Source: Trueperaceae bacterium (lineage in GTDB: Bacteria > Deinococcota > Deinococci > Deinococcales > Trueperaceae). From it: DNA of 64,000 nucleotides. Below the pieces are notes generated by a model. That model was not told the DNA's origin. It made no database searches and saw only the letters and a program-made list of their open reading frames with translations. Below, piece by piece: positions 19,185 to 29,493 of the stretch. Both the position numbers and the translations under genes were made by a program. Location: NCBI GenBank assembly GCA_965215565.1, contig CBDCDZ010000004.1:640001-704000 (forward strand). Reading direction: 5' to 3'. Within the stretch, counting starts at the first letter, position 1; the number at the start of each line of letters is the position of its first letter.

Positions 19185-20978
19185 TCAACCCGTTGGTAGT
19201 TGATTAGTCTTTTTCATAAACGTTGTTGCTCGTTTGGCGTTCAGGGGCTCCGAAAACAGATACCCCTGTCCGAACGCGCAGCCGAGCGCTTTAAGCTGAG
19301 CCAACTCCTCCTCGCTCTCGATTCCCTCGGCTACTACCCTCATGCCCAGCGTCCGCGCCATCATGAGGATGGTCCGCACCAGTTCGCCTCCCTGAGCACT
19401 GCGGGTCAGTTGCTGGGTGAAGGAGCGGTCGATCTTGAGCCTATCCGCCGGGAAGCGTTGCAGATAGGCGAGTGACGAATAGCCCTTACCGAAGTCGTCG
19501 AGGTGGAGCCCCACGCCGAGCGCCTTGAGTTGTGTGACGGTGGTATCGACGGGCTCTTGGTGGTTCATCAGCAGGTTCTCGGTGATCTCCAGGTTGAGGC
19601 GCGCCGGGTCCAGCTCGAGCTGCTCCAAGGTGCGTCCTACGTAGGCCACGAGGTCGGGGCGCGTGAACTGACGGCTCGACAGGTTGACGCTGAGGGATAG
19701 GCGCTCAGGTGCGCCCCAGTTTCGCCACCAACTGAGCTGCTGGCACGCTTCTCGCAGAACGTAGCGGTCAATGCGCACGATGAGCGCGGTTTCTTCCGCT
19801 GTAGCGAGAAAGTCGGCGGGTAGGAGCAGTCCCCGCTCGGGGTGTCGCCAGCGGAGCAGCGCCTCGAAACCGTGCAGAGAACCGTCAGTTAGGGACAAAA
19901 TCGGCTGGTAATGCACCTCCAGCTCCTGCCGCTCTAGCGCCTCGCGCAGCTCGGTCTCGAGCGCCAAGCGCCGGACAGCCCCCTCGCGCATGGCCTGGTC
20001 GAAAACCTGGTGCTGCCCGGCGTGGTGCACCTTAGCCCTGTACATGGCGATGTCGGCGTCGCGCAGGACCTCTTCCGGACGCTCGTAGCCGACTTCGGAA
20101 TGCACCACGCCGATGCTGGCGGTGACGAAGAGCCGGTGGTCTTCGTAGCTGAAAGGCTGCAGAAAAGTCGCCTGGAGCCGCTCGACCACCTCGTTCGCGC
20201 GTTCCGGGTCGCAGTCCTCCAACAAGATGGTGAACTCGTCGCCGCCCAAACGGGCGATGATGTCCATCTCCCTCAGGCAGCTCGCCAGACGCCGACTAAC
20301 GTCTATGAGCAGTGTATCGCCAACCTCGTGACCGAGGCTGTCGTTGATGACCTTGAAATGGTCGAAATCCAGGAACAGAACGGCGAAGCTTCTCTCAAAA
20401 TGCCGCCTGGTACGCTCAATGGCTTTACCTAGGTGATCCATGAAGAGCGTTCGGTTGGGCAGGCCGGTCAGGGCGTCGTGGAAGGCGTCGTGGCGGAGCT
20501 GCCGGTTGAGCGCCTCCAGCTCCGCCGTGCGCTCTTTAACGCGCTGCTCGAGCCGCTCGTTGGCCTCTCGCAAGGCCCGCTCAGCCCGCTTGCGGTCGCT
20601 GATGTCGTCCACCACGTAGGAGAAGCGCGCCCCGCCCGAGTTCTGCCCGATAGTGTTGACGGTGACCGCGAGCCAGCCCAAGCCCTCGTGCTCGTAATCG
20701 AAGCGCGTGGGCTCACCCGAAGTTAGGCTAGCCCGGTAAGCCCCTAACCACATGGCGACGTAGCGCTCCGGCACCCCCAGCTCCCGCGCCGTCTTGCCCC
20801 GCATGGCGTCCGGGGTAGTATCAAAGAAGGTCGCCGTGGCTTGATTGTCTGAGACGTGGAGGATGTCGTCGTCTGTGATCTCGACGGTGCCCATCATGAC
20901 CGTGGCACTCTCGAAAAAGCTGCGCAGGGTGTCGTCCTTGTCACGCAGCTGCGCGAGGGCGTGTTCGCGGTCGCTCAT
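19185..20978 (-). CDS. PAS-GGDEF-EAL diguanylate cyclase/phosphodiesterase
   Basis: GGDEF, EALLRW, DDFGKGYSSL and KIDRSF motifs. Confidence 0.92.
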   Translation of the reverse strand: MSDREHALAQLRDKDDTLRSFFESATVMMGTVEITDDDILHVSDNQATATFFDTTPDAMRGKTARELGVPERYVAMWLGAYRASLTSGEPTRFDYEHEGLGWLAVTVNTIGQNSGGARFSYVVDDISDRKRAERALREANERLEQRVKERTAELEALNRQLRHDAFHDALTGLPNRTLFMDHLGKAIERTRRHFERSFAVLFLDFDHFKVINDSLGHEVGDTLLIDVSRRLASCLREMDIIARLGGDEFTILLEDCDPERANEVVERLQATFLQPFSYEDHRLFVTASIGVVHSEVGYERPEEVLRDADIAMYRAKVHHAGQHQVFDQAMREGAVRRLALETELREALERQELEVHYQPILSLTDGSLHGFEALLRWRHPERGLLLPADFLATAEETALIVRIDRYVLREACQQLSWWRNWGAPERLSLSVNLSSRQFTRPDLVAYVGRTLEQLELDPARLNLEITENLLMNHQEPVDTTVTQLKALGVGLHLDDFGKGYSSLAYLQRFPADRLKIDRSFTQQLTRSAQGGELVRTILMMARTLGMRVVAEGIESEEELAQLKALGCAFGQGYLFSEPLNAKRATTFMKKTNQLPTG

Positions 20979-21146
20979 GTAGCTGAGGCGTTGGGTAGAC
21001 AGGCGGAGAATCGTCCGGCGTATGACCCGCCCACGCCTCTACCTACATATTCACAGCGCGGCATTAAGTTGGCCCCTCGTCTACGCTCCATAAGGCTGTG
21101 TCCCCTTTGGAGGCAGTGTAGCAGAAAGGGACAGTCGTAGGCGTAT

Positions 21147-21184
21147 GGAGGGGCTTCACGGTAGCGCTACCGTGAAGCCCCTCC
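21147..21184. terminator. 38-bp perfect palindrome, probable terminator of the SDR gene
   Basis: GGAGGGGCTTCACGGTAGC|GCTACCGTGAAGCCCCTCC. Confidence 0.6.
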
Positions 21185-21210
21185 TTTCCTGAAGTTGAAG
21201 ACGCAGCAGC

Positions 21211-22254
21211 TTAGCCAGGGAAGCCGGTCCCGCCCGTAGCCCCGAAAACCTGACCCGTCACGTAGCTCGTGGCGTCCCTTGAGGCGAGCATGACGTAGAT
21301 GGGGGCCAGCTCAACTGGCTGTCCGGGACGTCCCAGTGGCGTGCTGCTGCCGAATGAGGTGATGTTCTCGAGCTTCTGCCCAGTGGTCACCTGGAGCGGC
21401 GTCCAAAAGGGGCCGGGCGCGACAGCGTTCACGCGGACGCCCTGCCCGGCGAGCTGTTTAGCTAGCGACTGAACGAAGTTCGCAAGCGCCGCTTTGGTCT
21501 GTGCGTAATCGAAGAGAATCTCGGGGGGGTCAAAGGCCACAACCGAAGAGGTGTTGATGATCGAGGACCCTTGCGAGAGGTGCGCGAGCGCGGCCTTGGT
21601 GATCCAAAAGGGCGCATAAACGTTGGTCTTGAGGGTCCGGTCGAACTGCTCGGTGGTGATATCGAGGATCGAGGGTTGCCACCGCTGAAACGAGGCGTTA
21701 TTCACCAACACGTCGAGCCCGCCCAGTTCGCGCACGGCAGTATTAACGAGTTCTTGACAGAAGGCCTCGTCGCGAATGTCACCGGGTATGGGGACAGCCT
21801 TTCGGCCCTCCGCCTCGATAAGCGCTACGACCTCTTGAGCGTCCGGTTCTTCAGCGCTCAGGTAGTTGATGGCGACGTCGGCCCCTTCGCGGGCGTAGGC
21901 AATAGCCGCGGCGCGGCCGACGCCCGAGTCCCCACCGGTAATGAGCGCCTTGCGCCCGACTAACCGCCCAGAGCCCTGATAGCTTGTCTCGCCGTGGTCG
22001 GGCACGGGCTCCATGCGGCTCGTAAGGCCCGGCCACTCCTGCTGCTGGGGCGGAAAGGGCGGCTCCGGGTACTGGGGATACGCGCCTTGCTGGGCGATCT
22101 GCCCCCCCGTAGCTTGCCCCCCAGTAGCACCTCCCGTAGCCTCTTGGCCGAACGCCGAGGTAGTGAGCGCCGTGACAAGACCAGCCCCAATGCCACCTAA
22201 AACCCGGCGGCGTGAGAGCTTGGTAGGCGTTAGCTTAGTATTTTCTGGTTTCAT
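21211..22254 (-). CDS. YghA-like SDR oxidoreductase with a Tat-like signal peptide
   Basis: SRRRVL + hydrophobic segment + AFG; PDHGETSYQGSGRL, TGGDSGVG and YAQTK motifs. Confidence 0.88.
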   Translation of the reverse strand: MKPENTKLTPTKLSRRRVLGGIGAGLVTALTTSAFGQEATGGATGGQATGGQIAQQGAYPQYPEPPFPPQQQEWPGLTSRMEPVPDHGETSYQGSGRLVGRKALITGGDSGVGRAAAIAYAREGADVAINYLSAEEPDAQEVVALIEAEGRKAVPIPGDIRDEAFCQELVNTAVRELGGLDVLVNNASFQRWQPSILDITTEQFDRTLKTNVYAPFWITKAALAHLSQGSSIINTSSVVAFDPPEILFDYAQTKAALANFVQSLAKQLAGQGVRVNAVAPGPFWTPLQVTTGQKLENITSFGSSTPLGRPGQPVELAPIYVMLASRDATSYVTGQVFGATGGTGFPG

Positions 22255-22333
22255 CGCTTTTCCCCCGAATTGGTTTTTGTACATGCGGAATGTAACCGCG
22301 CAAGATTCCTGTCAGAGCTTCTACCGCTCTATA

Positions 22334-22446
22334 TAGCAAGTATCATTTGGTTTGAGCCGGTCCCACACTAGAGAACTTGGGCGAACACGTACATTCTTAA
22401 ATGATGCTTGCGCTCTTCCAATTCAGTACTTCTGTGAACTGCTTTA
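22334..22446. mobile_element. MITE subfamily A' copy, inverted
   Basis: TAGCAAGTATCATTTGGTTTGAG end and CAGTACTT motif. Confidence 0.65.
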
Positions 22447-22729
22447 TTATGAATGGGCCCCGTAAAAGCAGTTGTGCTCTCTCAAGTACCAGTGACCACA
22501 CAGCCCATAGCGCCGCTCGCGACCACGCTGATGGCCTTACGCGCCTAGCAGCTACAGGGGCGCTTTCAGATGCTGTTGCGCCGAGTTTCGTTAGGTCTTG
22601 GCGGTCTCAGGCCGCTGGCTTTTCGGACACGGAGCCCTCTGGCGCGTGAGAAAGCTTGAGCCTGCTCTGCGGCTCCTCCCGGAATTTATCAGGCACCTGT
22701 TTTGCCCGATGCTGCCGTGCGCAACCCGT

Positions 22730-22827
22730 TGACGAACGTGTGCGCCCTCAAAGGCGAACTTATGCGCGCTCGCTTCCCCGGTACCCGCACCCGTAACGAT
22801 AGTTGCTTTTCCTTCAAGTCGTCCCAT
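22730..22827 (-). pseudogene. SDR N-terminal fragment
   Basis: MGRLEGKATIVTGAGTG(E)ASAHKFAFEGAHV, then similarity is lost. Confidence 0.65.
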
Positions 22828-23029
22828 GCTGCCCCCTAAAAGTGAACCTAATGTTACCGACCCGCGGGTCGGTCCTCCTAAAGTAGTTCAAGGAGGAGGT
22901 AAGGAACAGACCCGTATGCCACAATTCGGACTTTAGTGACGAACCTCTACTTCAAACCTTTCGCTTTCAGGCTCACTTTGCCATTCTTTCAGCCAGTTGA
23001 TACCTTCCTTCCGGATAAAGTCCTCACTG

Positions 23030-23388
23030 TAACAATTAAGATTAAGTACTGAGCTTGAACTACGCAAGTCTCAGCCGCAGCCATCCCGCTCTCAGGCGAA
23101 GCCGTCCCGCTAGGCTTCCCCTGAGAGCGGGATTTCATTTCCTAAAGTGCGTGCTAGAGCGTGTTTTCTCTTCTCGGATTGGCTCAAACCAAATGATATA
23201 GCAGTTCCACGACATACTGAGACAAAGTGCCGCTTTCTGCAAGCTGCCGCTAGGCAGACGAAGTTTTGCCTTTTGCATCCGCAAAAATTTCATAACCGGC
23301 AAGGGTATCATCTCGAAAAGTGCGTGCTAGAGCGTGCTGTTCAAAGTGAGAGTATCTCAAATTAGATGATACCTGCTAATACTTGTTA
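23030..23388. mobile_element. MITE A' copy holding a 64-bp hairpin insert (23073-23136) and a nested MITE A (23199-23378, ATA duplication)
   Basis: Aligns with the empty copies 31075-31185 and 53328-53428. Confidence 0.8.
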
Positions 23389-23729
23389 TATTTCGTACCG
23401 CTTGCCTCAAAGCCGACGAAGGGCGTTTATTGTCCTTGACAAGCTCATCTCCGCCCGTCGCTTTCAAGAAGTCATGAATAGCTTGGGCCGAGAACCCTTT
23501 TCCTGTGCTGTAGAGCTTACCTCATTCAGTTAGAGCGATATAGACGTAACCCGCTATGTATTCTGCACCTTTGTAGGAAACATCAGCGCGTAAGCCCTGA
23601 TCATAAACCGTCTCGAAGACTATTCATATACAGTCGTTTGTGATATTATGCAGGCGTGTACTACTTGAGCCAAAGCAATTCTAAGAGTTCTCTACCTCTT
23701 CTCAGCATTCTCTGTTTTTAACACTGATC

Positions 23730-24203
23730 ATGTTCTACACCACAGACCTCAGCGACGACAACAGCAACCTCCAACATTGCGCCCCCATCTTCCGCAACTT
23801 CGGCGGGAAGGTAAAGTTTCACGGTCCGATTCACACGGTAAGCTTGTTCGAGGATAACGTCTTGTACGAGGAGGCGCTCACTTCTGTTGCCGAAGGAACC
23901 GTCATCGTTGTGGACGGGGGCGGCTCGCTGAACTGTGCGCTTATGGGGGACCGTCTGGGCGGGATTGCGGTCTTGCGTAATCTCCCCGGCGTCATCATCA
24001 ACGGCTGCGTGAGGGATACGGCGGAGCTTGCCGAGTTGGACGTGGGCATCCTTGCGCTCGCGCCGCACCCGAAAAAGAGCAGTAAAAAGGGCGAAGGGAT
24101 GCGCAATCCGATTGTCAATTTCGGCGGGGTATTGTGGCAGCCTGGGTTCTTCGTCTATGCGGATGAAGACGGCGTGATTTTGAGTGAGAAGGCGTTGGTA
24201 TAA
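23730..24203 (+). CDS. rraA: RraA family protein (HMG aldolase/RNase E regulator)
   Basis: FEDN, VVDGGGS..CALMGD, GCVRD and YADEDG motifs. Confidence 0.9.
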   Translation: MFYTTDLSDDNSNLQHCAPIFRNFGGKVKFHGPIHTVSLFEDNVLYEEALTSVAEGTVIVVDGGGSLNCALMGDRLGGIAVLRNLPGVIINGCVRDTAELAELDVGILALAPHPKKSSKKGEGMRNPIVNFGGVLWQPGFFVYADEDGVILSEKALV

Positions 24204-24434
24204 GGTTGGCTAAAATTTGGAGAGGTCTCGAGTAAGACAGGGATAAAGCAGCAGTCAGTAGCTTCCCACGTACTGACTGCTGAATTCTGACGACTGATAA
24301 CTGCCATTCAACAAACTCCAAGCACTACTTTTTAATTTTGTCAGCCGCCCTACACCCCTTAAACTTGCAAGGTGTAGTATTTGCGTTGTGCAAGTATTGC
24401 GCCTAGCAGCAATATGAGAGGTGATGGAGCGGAA

Positions 24435-24872
24435 ATGACCCTTACCAACAGCCGGCGGTTTATCCACAGCTTTTGGCAACTGCGCCAGCAGATTATCAGT
24501 CAGGTCAACCCACGTGTGCGTGAGGCGCACGGCGTGGACTTCTTGGAGGTGATGCTCTTGGAGCAAATCGGCAGTACGGACATGAGCCCGTCAGAAATTG
24601 CCGAGGCAATGCAGATTCCCGCTCACAATATCTCACGCAAGATAGGCGCTCTGGAGAAGGGCGGGCTGATTCGGCGCAGCCTCGACCCGAACGACGCGCG
24701 GCGGCGGGTGCTGAGTTTGACCGCTAAGGGTAAAGAGGTCTCGAGCCAAGCTCAAACAGCACTGGACGAAGAGGTCGGACGGATGCTCGCCACCCTCTCC
24801 CAAAAGGACGCCGCCATCATGATTCGTTCTTTAGAAGCGATTGCACAAAAACGTATACAGGAGACCGCATGA
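24435..24872 (+). CDS. MarR family regulator
   Basis: LEKGGLIRR..DPNDARR..L.LT..G. Confidence 0.9.
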   Translation: MTLTNSRRFIHSFWQLRQQIISQVNPRVREAHGVDFLEVMLLEQIGSTDMSPSEIAEAMQIPAHNISRKIGALEKGGLIRRSLDPNDARRRVLSLTAKGKEVSSQAQTALDEEVGRMLATLSQKDAAIMIRSLEAIAQKRIQETA

Positions 24873-26686
24873 ACTTGTCAGCGAGAGACAAAAATTTTAC
24901 CCTTATCGGTATTTTGTTAGCGCTCTTTTTGGGCGCATTAGACCAGACCATCGTCTCGACGGCGCTCCCTCGCATCGTCGAGGACTTGCAGGGCGTGAGC
25001 CGCTACGCTTGGGTGGCGACCTCTTATCTGCTCGCCTCAACCGTACTCGTACCGATTTACGGCAAGCTCTCGGACATGGTTTCGCGCAAACGAATCGAAC
25101 TCTGGGCCATCGGGATTTTCCTCACAGGCTCCTTCTTGTGTGGGTTAGCAGGCGAGTTCGGAACGCTGCCGCTCCTCGGCGACGGCATGAATCAGCTCAT
25201 CATTTTCCGAGCGATTCAGGGTTTGGGCGGCGCGGGGCTTTTAGGCATGGCCTTTATCATTATCGCCGACCTCTATCCGCCTTCGGTACGCGGCAAGTAT
25301 CAGGGCTTCGTCGGGGCGACCTTCGGGATTGCGAGCGTATTAGGGCCGCTCATCGGCGGCTTCTTGACGGACTACGGCGGCTCGATTATCCCCGGTATCG
25401 CTGGGTGGCGCTGGGTTTTTTATGTGAACGTGCCCTTCGGGGCGTTGGCGCTCTGGTTCATCATTACGAAGATGCCCAAGCTCGAGCCCGCTGGCGAAAA
25501 ACAACCTCTAAGCTACCTCTCCGCCTTTTTGCTCATCGCCGGACTCGTGCCTTTTATCCTGGCGCTCCAACTCGATAAGACGGCGTACCCCTGGGACGGC
25601 GTCGTTACCTTGTCGCTCTTTGCAGTTGCGGCAGTGTCGCTTACCCTGTTCGTATTCCGCTCCCTGCGCGAGAAAAATCCGATTTTAGACCTCTCGCTTT
25701 TCAAGAACAAGGTCTTCAGCACCGCGAACTTGGCGCTCTTCTTCTTCGGCGCAGGTTTCCTGAGCATCCTCATCTTCTTGCCGCTCTTTATGGTGAACGT
25801 CGTCGGTGTATCGGCGACGAGCGCCGGGGTGAGCCTCATTCCGCTCTCGCTCGGGCTGGTCTTCGGAGCCATCGTCTCGGGGCAACTCGTTTCGAAGTTT
25901 GGGCACTACCGCCGCTTGATGCTTCTTGGCGGGGCGGTATTGATCCTCGGGACGTACTTGCTCTCGAGCATGACCCCCGACATCCCCTACTGGCAGGTCA
26001 CCCTCTACATGATCGTGTGCGGCCTCGGCTTGGGTCCCTCGCTACCTCTTTACACTTTGGCGATTCAAAACGCGGTGGACGTGCGCAGGATTGGGCAGGC
26101 GACCTCGTCCAGCCAGTTCTTTCGGCAGATCGGCGGGACAGTCGGGGCGGCAATTATGGGCACAGTTTTAGCGACGACGTTGGCGGCGTCCTTTGCAGGG
26201 ATGCAACTGCCAGGAGGAGCACCGGGCGGCGGAGCAGGGTCAGCAGAACGGCTCGGCTCGACGGGCGGCGCGAATATTACCGAGACGGTTCAGACCTCGT
26301 TTGACCAGCAGTATCAGGCGATTACCCAAGCGGTGCAGCGGGGCGACAACGGAGCGTTAGAAGAGGTTTTGGCAAACAGCTCTCTTCCAGCGGAGGCTAG
26401 GGCGGGTATTCAGCAAGGCGCAAGCCAAGTGATGGGCAATCCGCAAGCAACGCAAAGCTTTTTAGCGCAACTTAGAACGACCTTTGATGAACAAGCTACG
26501 CAGGTGAGCGCCCAGGTTACGAGGGCGACGAAACAAGCCTTTACCACGGCGATTACCCGGATTTACTTTTACAGCATCTTCATCGTGGCGATCGCTTGGC
26601 TTGTGACGCTCTTCATCCCCGAGTTGACCTTGCGGCAGACGAACGCGGAGCCGGAGGTGGGACCAGAGGCAGTGGCGGCGGATTGA
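24869..26686 (+). CDS. DHA2-family MFS efflux transporter
   Basis: LDQTIVSTALP, GKLSD, RAIQGLG and WRWVFYVNVP motifs; 14-TM pattern. Confidence 0.92.
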   Translation: MNLSARDKNFTLIGILLALFLGALDQTIVSTALPRIVEDLQGVSRYAWVATSYLLASTVLVPIYGKLSDMVSRKRIELWAIGIFLTGSFLCGLAGEFGTLPLLGDGMNQLIIFRAIQGLGGAGLLGMAFIIIADLYPPSVRGKYQGFVGATFGIASVLGPLIGGFLTDYGGSIIPGIAGWRWVFYVNVPFGALALWFIITKMPKLEPAGEKQPLSYLSAFLLIAGLVPFILALQLDKTAYPWDGVVTLSLFAVAAVSLTLFVFRSLREKNPILDLSLFKNKVFSTANLALFFFGAGFLSILIFLPLFMVNVVGVSATSAGVSLIPLSLGLVFGAIVSGQLVSKFGHYRRLMLLGGAVLILGTYLLSSMTPDIPYWQVTLYMIVCGLGLGPSLPLYTLAIQNAVDVRRIGQATSSSQFFRQIGGTVGAAIMGTVLATTLAASFAGMQLPGGAPGGGAGSAERLGSTGGANITETVQTSFDQQYQAITQAVQRGDNGALEEVLANSSLPAEARAGIQQGASQVMGNPQATQSFLAQLRTTFDEQATQVSAQVTRATKQAFTTAITRIYFYSIFIVAIAWLVTLFIPELTLRQTNAEPEVGPEAVAAD

Positions 26687-26709
26687 TTGGCTAGCAACTA
26701 AGCATTTTA

Positions 26710-26735
26710 GGGCGAGAGCACCTCTCGCCCTTTTT
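26710..26735 (+). terminator. Intrinsic terminator
   Basis: GGGCGAGAG-cac-CTCTCGCCC-TTTTT. Confidence 0.75.
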
Positions 26736-26905
26736 ACCGTTAAGCTCGAGGTATTGGTACTTTCGGTAAGCTCGAGAATCTGCCTAAACGTCACGCGCGT
26801 CTCCTCGTCACCTCAGAGCAAGTCGTACTCTAACCGCCAGTTTTATCTACCTCCTCACCTCACTGCGTCTCCATTACCTCGCCCATCCTCCACATCCGCA
26901 ACTTT

Positions 26906-27059
26906 TAGCAGGTCTCAGGCGAAGCCGTCCCGCTAGGCTTTGCCTGAGAGCGGAACCTCATCTGGTCCGAAACACGCTCGCTGTAGAAAACATTGATAAG
27001 CACCCACTTTCGGAGATGAGAACTGCGGCAGTCTGCCTCAGTATGGTTTGGAACTGCTA
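26906..27059. mobile_element. MITE A copy (TTT duplication) with a 43-bp hairpin insert at 26917-26959
   Basis: TAGCAG...CTGCTA ends. Confidence 0.8.
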
Positions 27060-27093
27060 TTTCATCAGAAACCACCTGTGTTAAACCTTAGAG

Positions 27094-27873
27094 ATGTCTA
27101 CTCACGCAACCTCTACGTCGACCTCTCAAAACGTCGACCTCATGCTCATCGTCCCCCACCCCGACGATGAAGTTTTTAGCTGCGGTGGGATTTTCACCAA
27201 GATGGCAGACGCAAGCAGGCGCGTCGCTACAGTGACGCTCACAAGGGGCGGCGCAGGGCGCACGTTAGGGATATGCCCGCAAGCCGAACTGCCGAATGTG
27301 CGCGAGGCAGAGCTTCGCGCGTCGTTGGACGCTTTAGGCGTCGGCGACGTGCACATCTTCGACTACCCCGACTTCGTCCCGGCGGCGGACAGGGGCATGG
27401 CGACGAACAGAGGGCTCGCGGGCGAAAGCGAGGAAGAGGTCGCGGCGCGCCTTATTTCACTTTTGGAAACCCATAAGCCGAGGGCGCTCATCACCTTTCC
27501 GCCGAACGGCGCGAACGGTCATCCTGACCACGTCGCTACAAATCAACTTGTACTGAAAGCGTTGAAAGACGCGGAACACGAGGTTGAGTCTCTCTATTAC
27601 TTCGCCGCCGAAAAACCCTATAGCGGCGCGGCGAGGGAGGGTTTTTTGAGCCCGGAAGAGATTCGCGCCTCGCACCTGCCGCCCACACACGTTTTCGACG
27701 CGAGCCCCTTTGTAGAGAACAAACTGCGGGCGATGGGACAGCACGAAACGCAGGCGCGGAGCGTCTTGACCTTTATGCGCTCCTTTCCGCGCCGCCTACT
27801 CGCCGAGTCCTTTCACCGCGCTAAGCCCGACTACCCCGAGAGCGAGGGTCCGAGGACGGTGGCTTGGTTATAG
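27094..27873 (+). CDS. PIG-L/LmbE family deacetylase
   Basis: PHPDDE, R.AEL, GHPDH and H.TQ motifs. Confidence 0.9.
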   Translation: MSTHATSTSTSQNVDLMLIVPHPDDEVFSCGGIFTKMADASRRVATVTLTRGGAGRTLGICPQAELPNVREAELRASLDALGVGDVHIFDYPDFVPAADRGMATNRGLAGESEEEVAARLISLLETHKPRALITFPPNGANGHPDHVATNQLVLKALKDAEHEVESLYYFAAEKPYSGAAREGFLSPEEIRASHLPPTHVFDASPFVENKLRAMGQHETQARSVLTFMRSFPRRLLAESFHRAKPDYPESEGPRTVAWL

Positions 27874-27874
27874 G

Positions 27875-27930
27875 GAGCAATGAGTACCGAGCAATGAGTC
27901 TAAAGGTTTTCACTCATTGCTCGTTGCTAC
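27875..27930. repeat. Heptamer-built hairpin repeat, copy 3
   Basis: gagcaatgagt-ctaaaggttttc-actcattgctc. Confidence 0.75.
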
Positions 27931-28025
27931 TTCCTCCTCTATGAAACACCTCATTCGACTTCACATTTTGTCCTTCCAAATGAAATGCCTTGCAGCGTCA
28001 TGAAAGAGGCGTGCTAGGCTAACTT

Positions 28026-29438
28026 ATGTTCTTTCGCCGCTCTCCGACTGCTGAACTCGAGCCCGCCCGCCGTGCGCTCGCTGAGGGGCGTTACGAGGCG
28101 GCGCTGGCGCTCCTGGAGGGCGCGGCGAAGCGGGGACGGCAGCGCAGCGTTCAGGCGCAGTTGGAACTGCACATCGCGGCGACGTATGCGCTTTACGGTG
28201 AGGGCGGTCTGGAGGGGGGGCTGGGACACCTCGCGGACGCCGCTCACGCGGACGCCGCCGTCGCCCACACCCCGCTCTACCGGGCGCTCTACTGGGAATT
28301 CGCAGCGTACCGGGGCGAAGCGGCGGGCGACGTGAAGCGGGGCGCGGCTGCGGCGGCTGAGGCGGGCGAAGGCGTCGCGACGTATCACGCGGCGAGCGCC
28401 CTCACCGCGGTTCACGCCTTTAAGCGCGCCGCGCAGGTGCTTTTAGAGGTGGACCCGGGGACGCTGCCCGACTACCTCAAGTGGCGCTACTGGTCCCTGC
28501 TGGGGCGCAGCTACGAGGCGCGCGGGCGCTTTGAGGAAGCGTCGGACGCTTTCGAGCGGTCTGCCGCGCTAAGTCAAGGCGCGGACACGTTCGGTGAACT
28601 GCTCAACTTAGCGGCCAACCGCTTAGAGGCGCATCAGCCTATCGGAGCGTTAGAAGCCCTGGAACGTGCCCAACATACTGCCCCTTCCGAAAGCGCCGCT
28701 GACGGGGCGGTGCAGCGCTACCTGACCGGGCGCGCCCACCTCTCCCTCGGCAACCCAAACACCGCGCTGAACCTCTTTTTAGAGGCGAGTGTGTTGGAGA
28801 GCGCTACTGGCGAGCCCTCGTTCAGCTTGCAGCTCGCTTTAGGTCAAACTTATAGCGCGCTCGGCAAGACGCGCCGCGCCGAGGAGCGCTACCAGGAAGC
28901 GGTGCAGCTCGCCTCCAAGCGCCAGCGCGCCCTCGCGCTCCATGAATACGCGCTGGTGATGCTGGAAGCGGACAACTTAGAACGCGCGAAAGAGCTGCTC
29001 ACGCGAGCCGCGAGCGACGAACATTACGACTACCACGCCGAAGTCTACGCCGACCTGGCCGACGTTGAACTCAAGCTCGGCAACTTGCGCGCCGCGAGCA
29101 GTCTCGCGCACCGCGCCCTCGACTTGGGCGCTACTGCGCCCGCCTGTTTGACGCTCGGCAGCGTCGCCCACGAGTACTACCGCTTCGACGAGGCGATCGG
29201 CTGGTTCGAAAAGGCGGCGAGCGCGAGCATAGAGGGTCAGCACGAGTGGGTGTTCGCTAAAGAGATGCTCGTCGACAGCTTTGTGCAGCAAGGCTATAAG
29301 TACCCCGACAGAATCATCCACCACGCTGAAGCCGCCCTGCGCTATCTGCCCCCAGCGAGCGAGTGGACGCTGCTCTTGCAGGGCTACATCATGCGCGCGA
29401 AAACGCTCCTAGGCGGGTATCAAAGGATGCTGAATTAG
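28026..29438 (+). CDS. TPR-repeat protein
   Basis: Multiple LG..Y...G...A...Y..A repeats; leaderless TAGGCT-N5-ATG. Confidence 0.85.
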   Translation: MFFRRSPTAELEPARRALAEGRYEAALALLEGAAKRGRQRSVQAQLELHIAATYALYGEGGLEGGLGHLADAAHADAAVAHTPLYRALYWEFAAYRGEAAGDVKRGAAAAAEAGEGVATYHAASALTAVHAFKRAAQVLLEVDPGTLPDYLKWRYWSLLGRSYEARGRFEEASDAFERSAALSQGADTFGELLNLAANRLEAHQPIGALEALERAQHTAPSESAADGAVQRYLTGRAHLSLGNPNTALNLFLEASVLESATGEPSFSLQLALGQTYSALGKTRRAEERYQEAVQLASKRQRALALHEYALVMLEADNLERAKELLTRAASDEHYDYHAEVYADLADVELKLGNLRAASSLAHRALDLGATAPACLTLGSVAHEYYRFDEAIGWFEKAASASIEGQHEWVFAKEMLVDSFVQQGYKYPDRIIHHAEAALRYLPPASEWTLLLQGYIMRAKTLLGGYQRMLN

Positions 29439-29493
29439 CGCCTCAGTTTAGAGCGTGTCCCTCAACTTTGGGCCGACACGTTAGACTGAGCAC

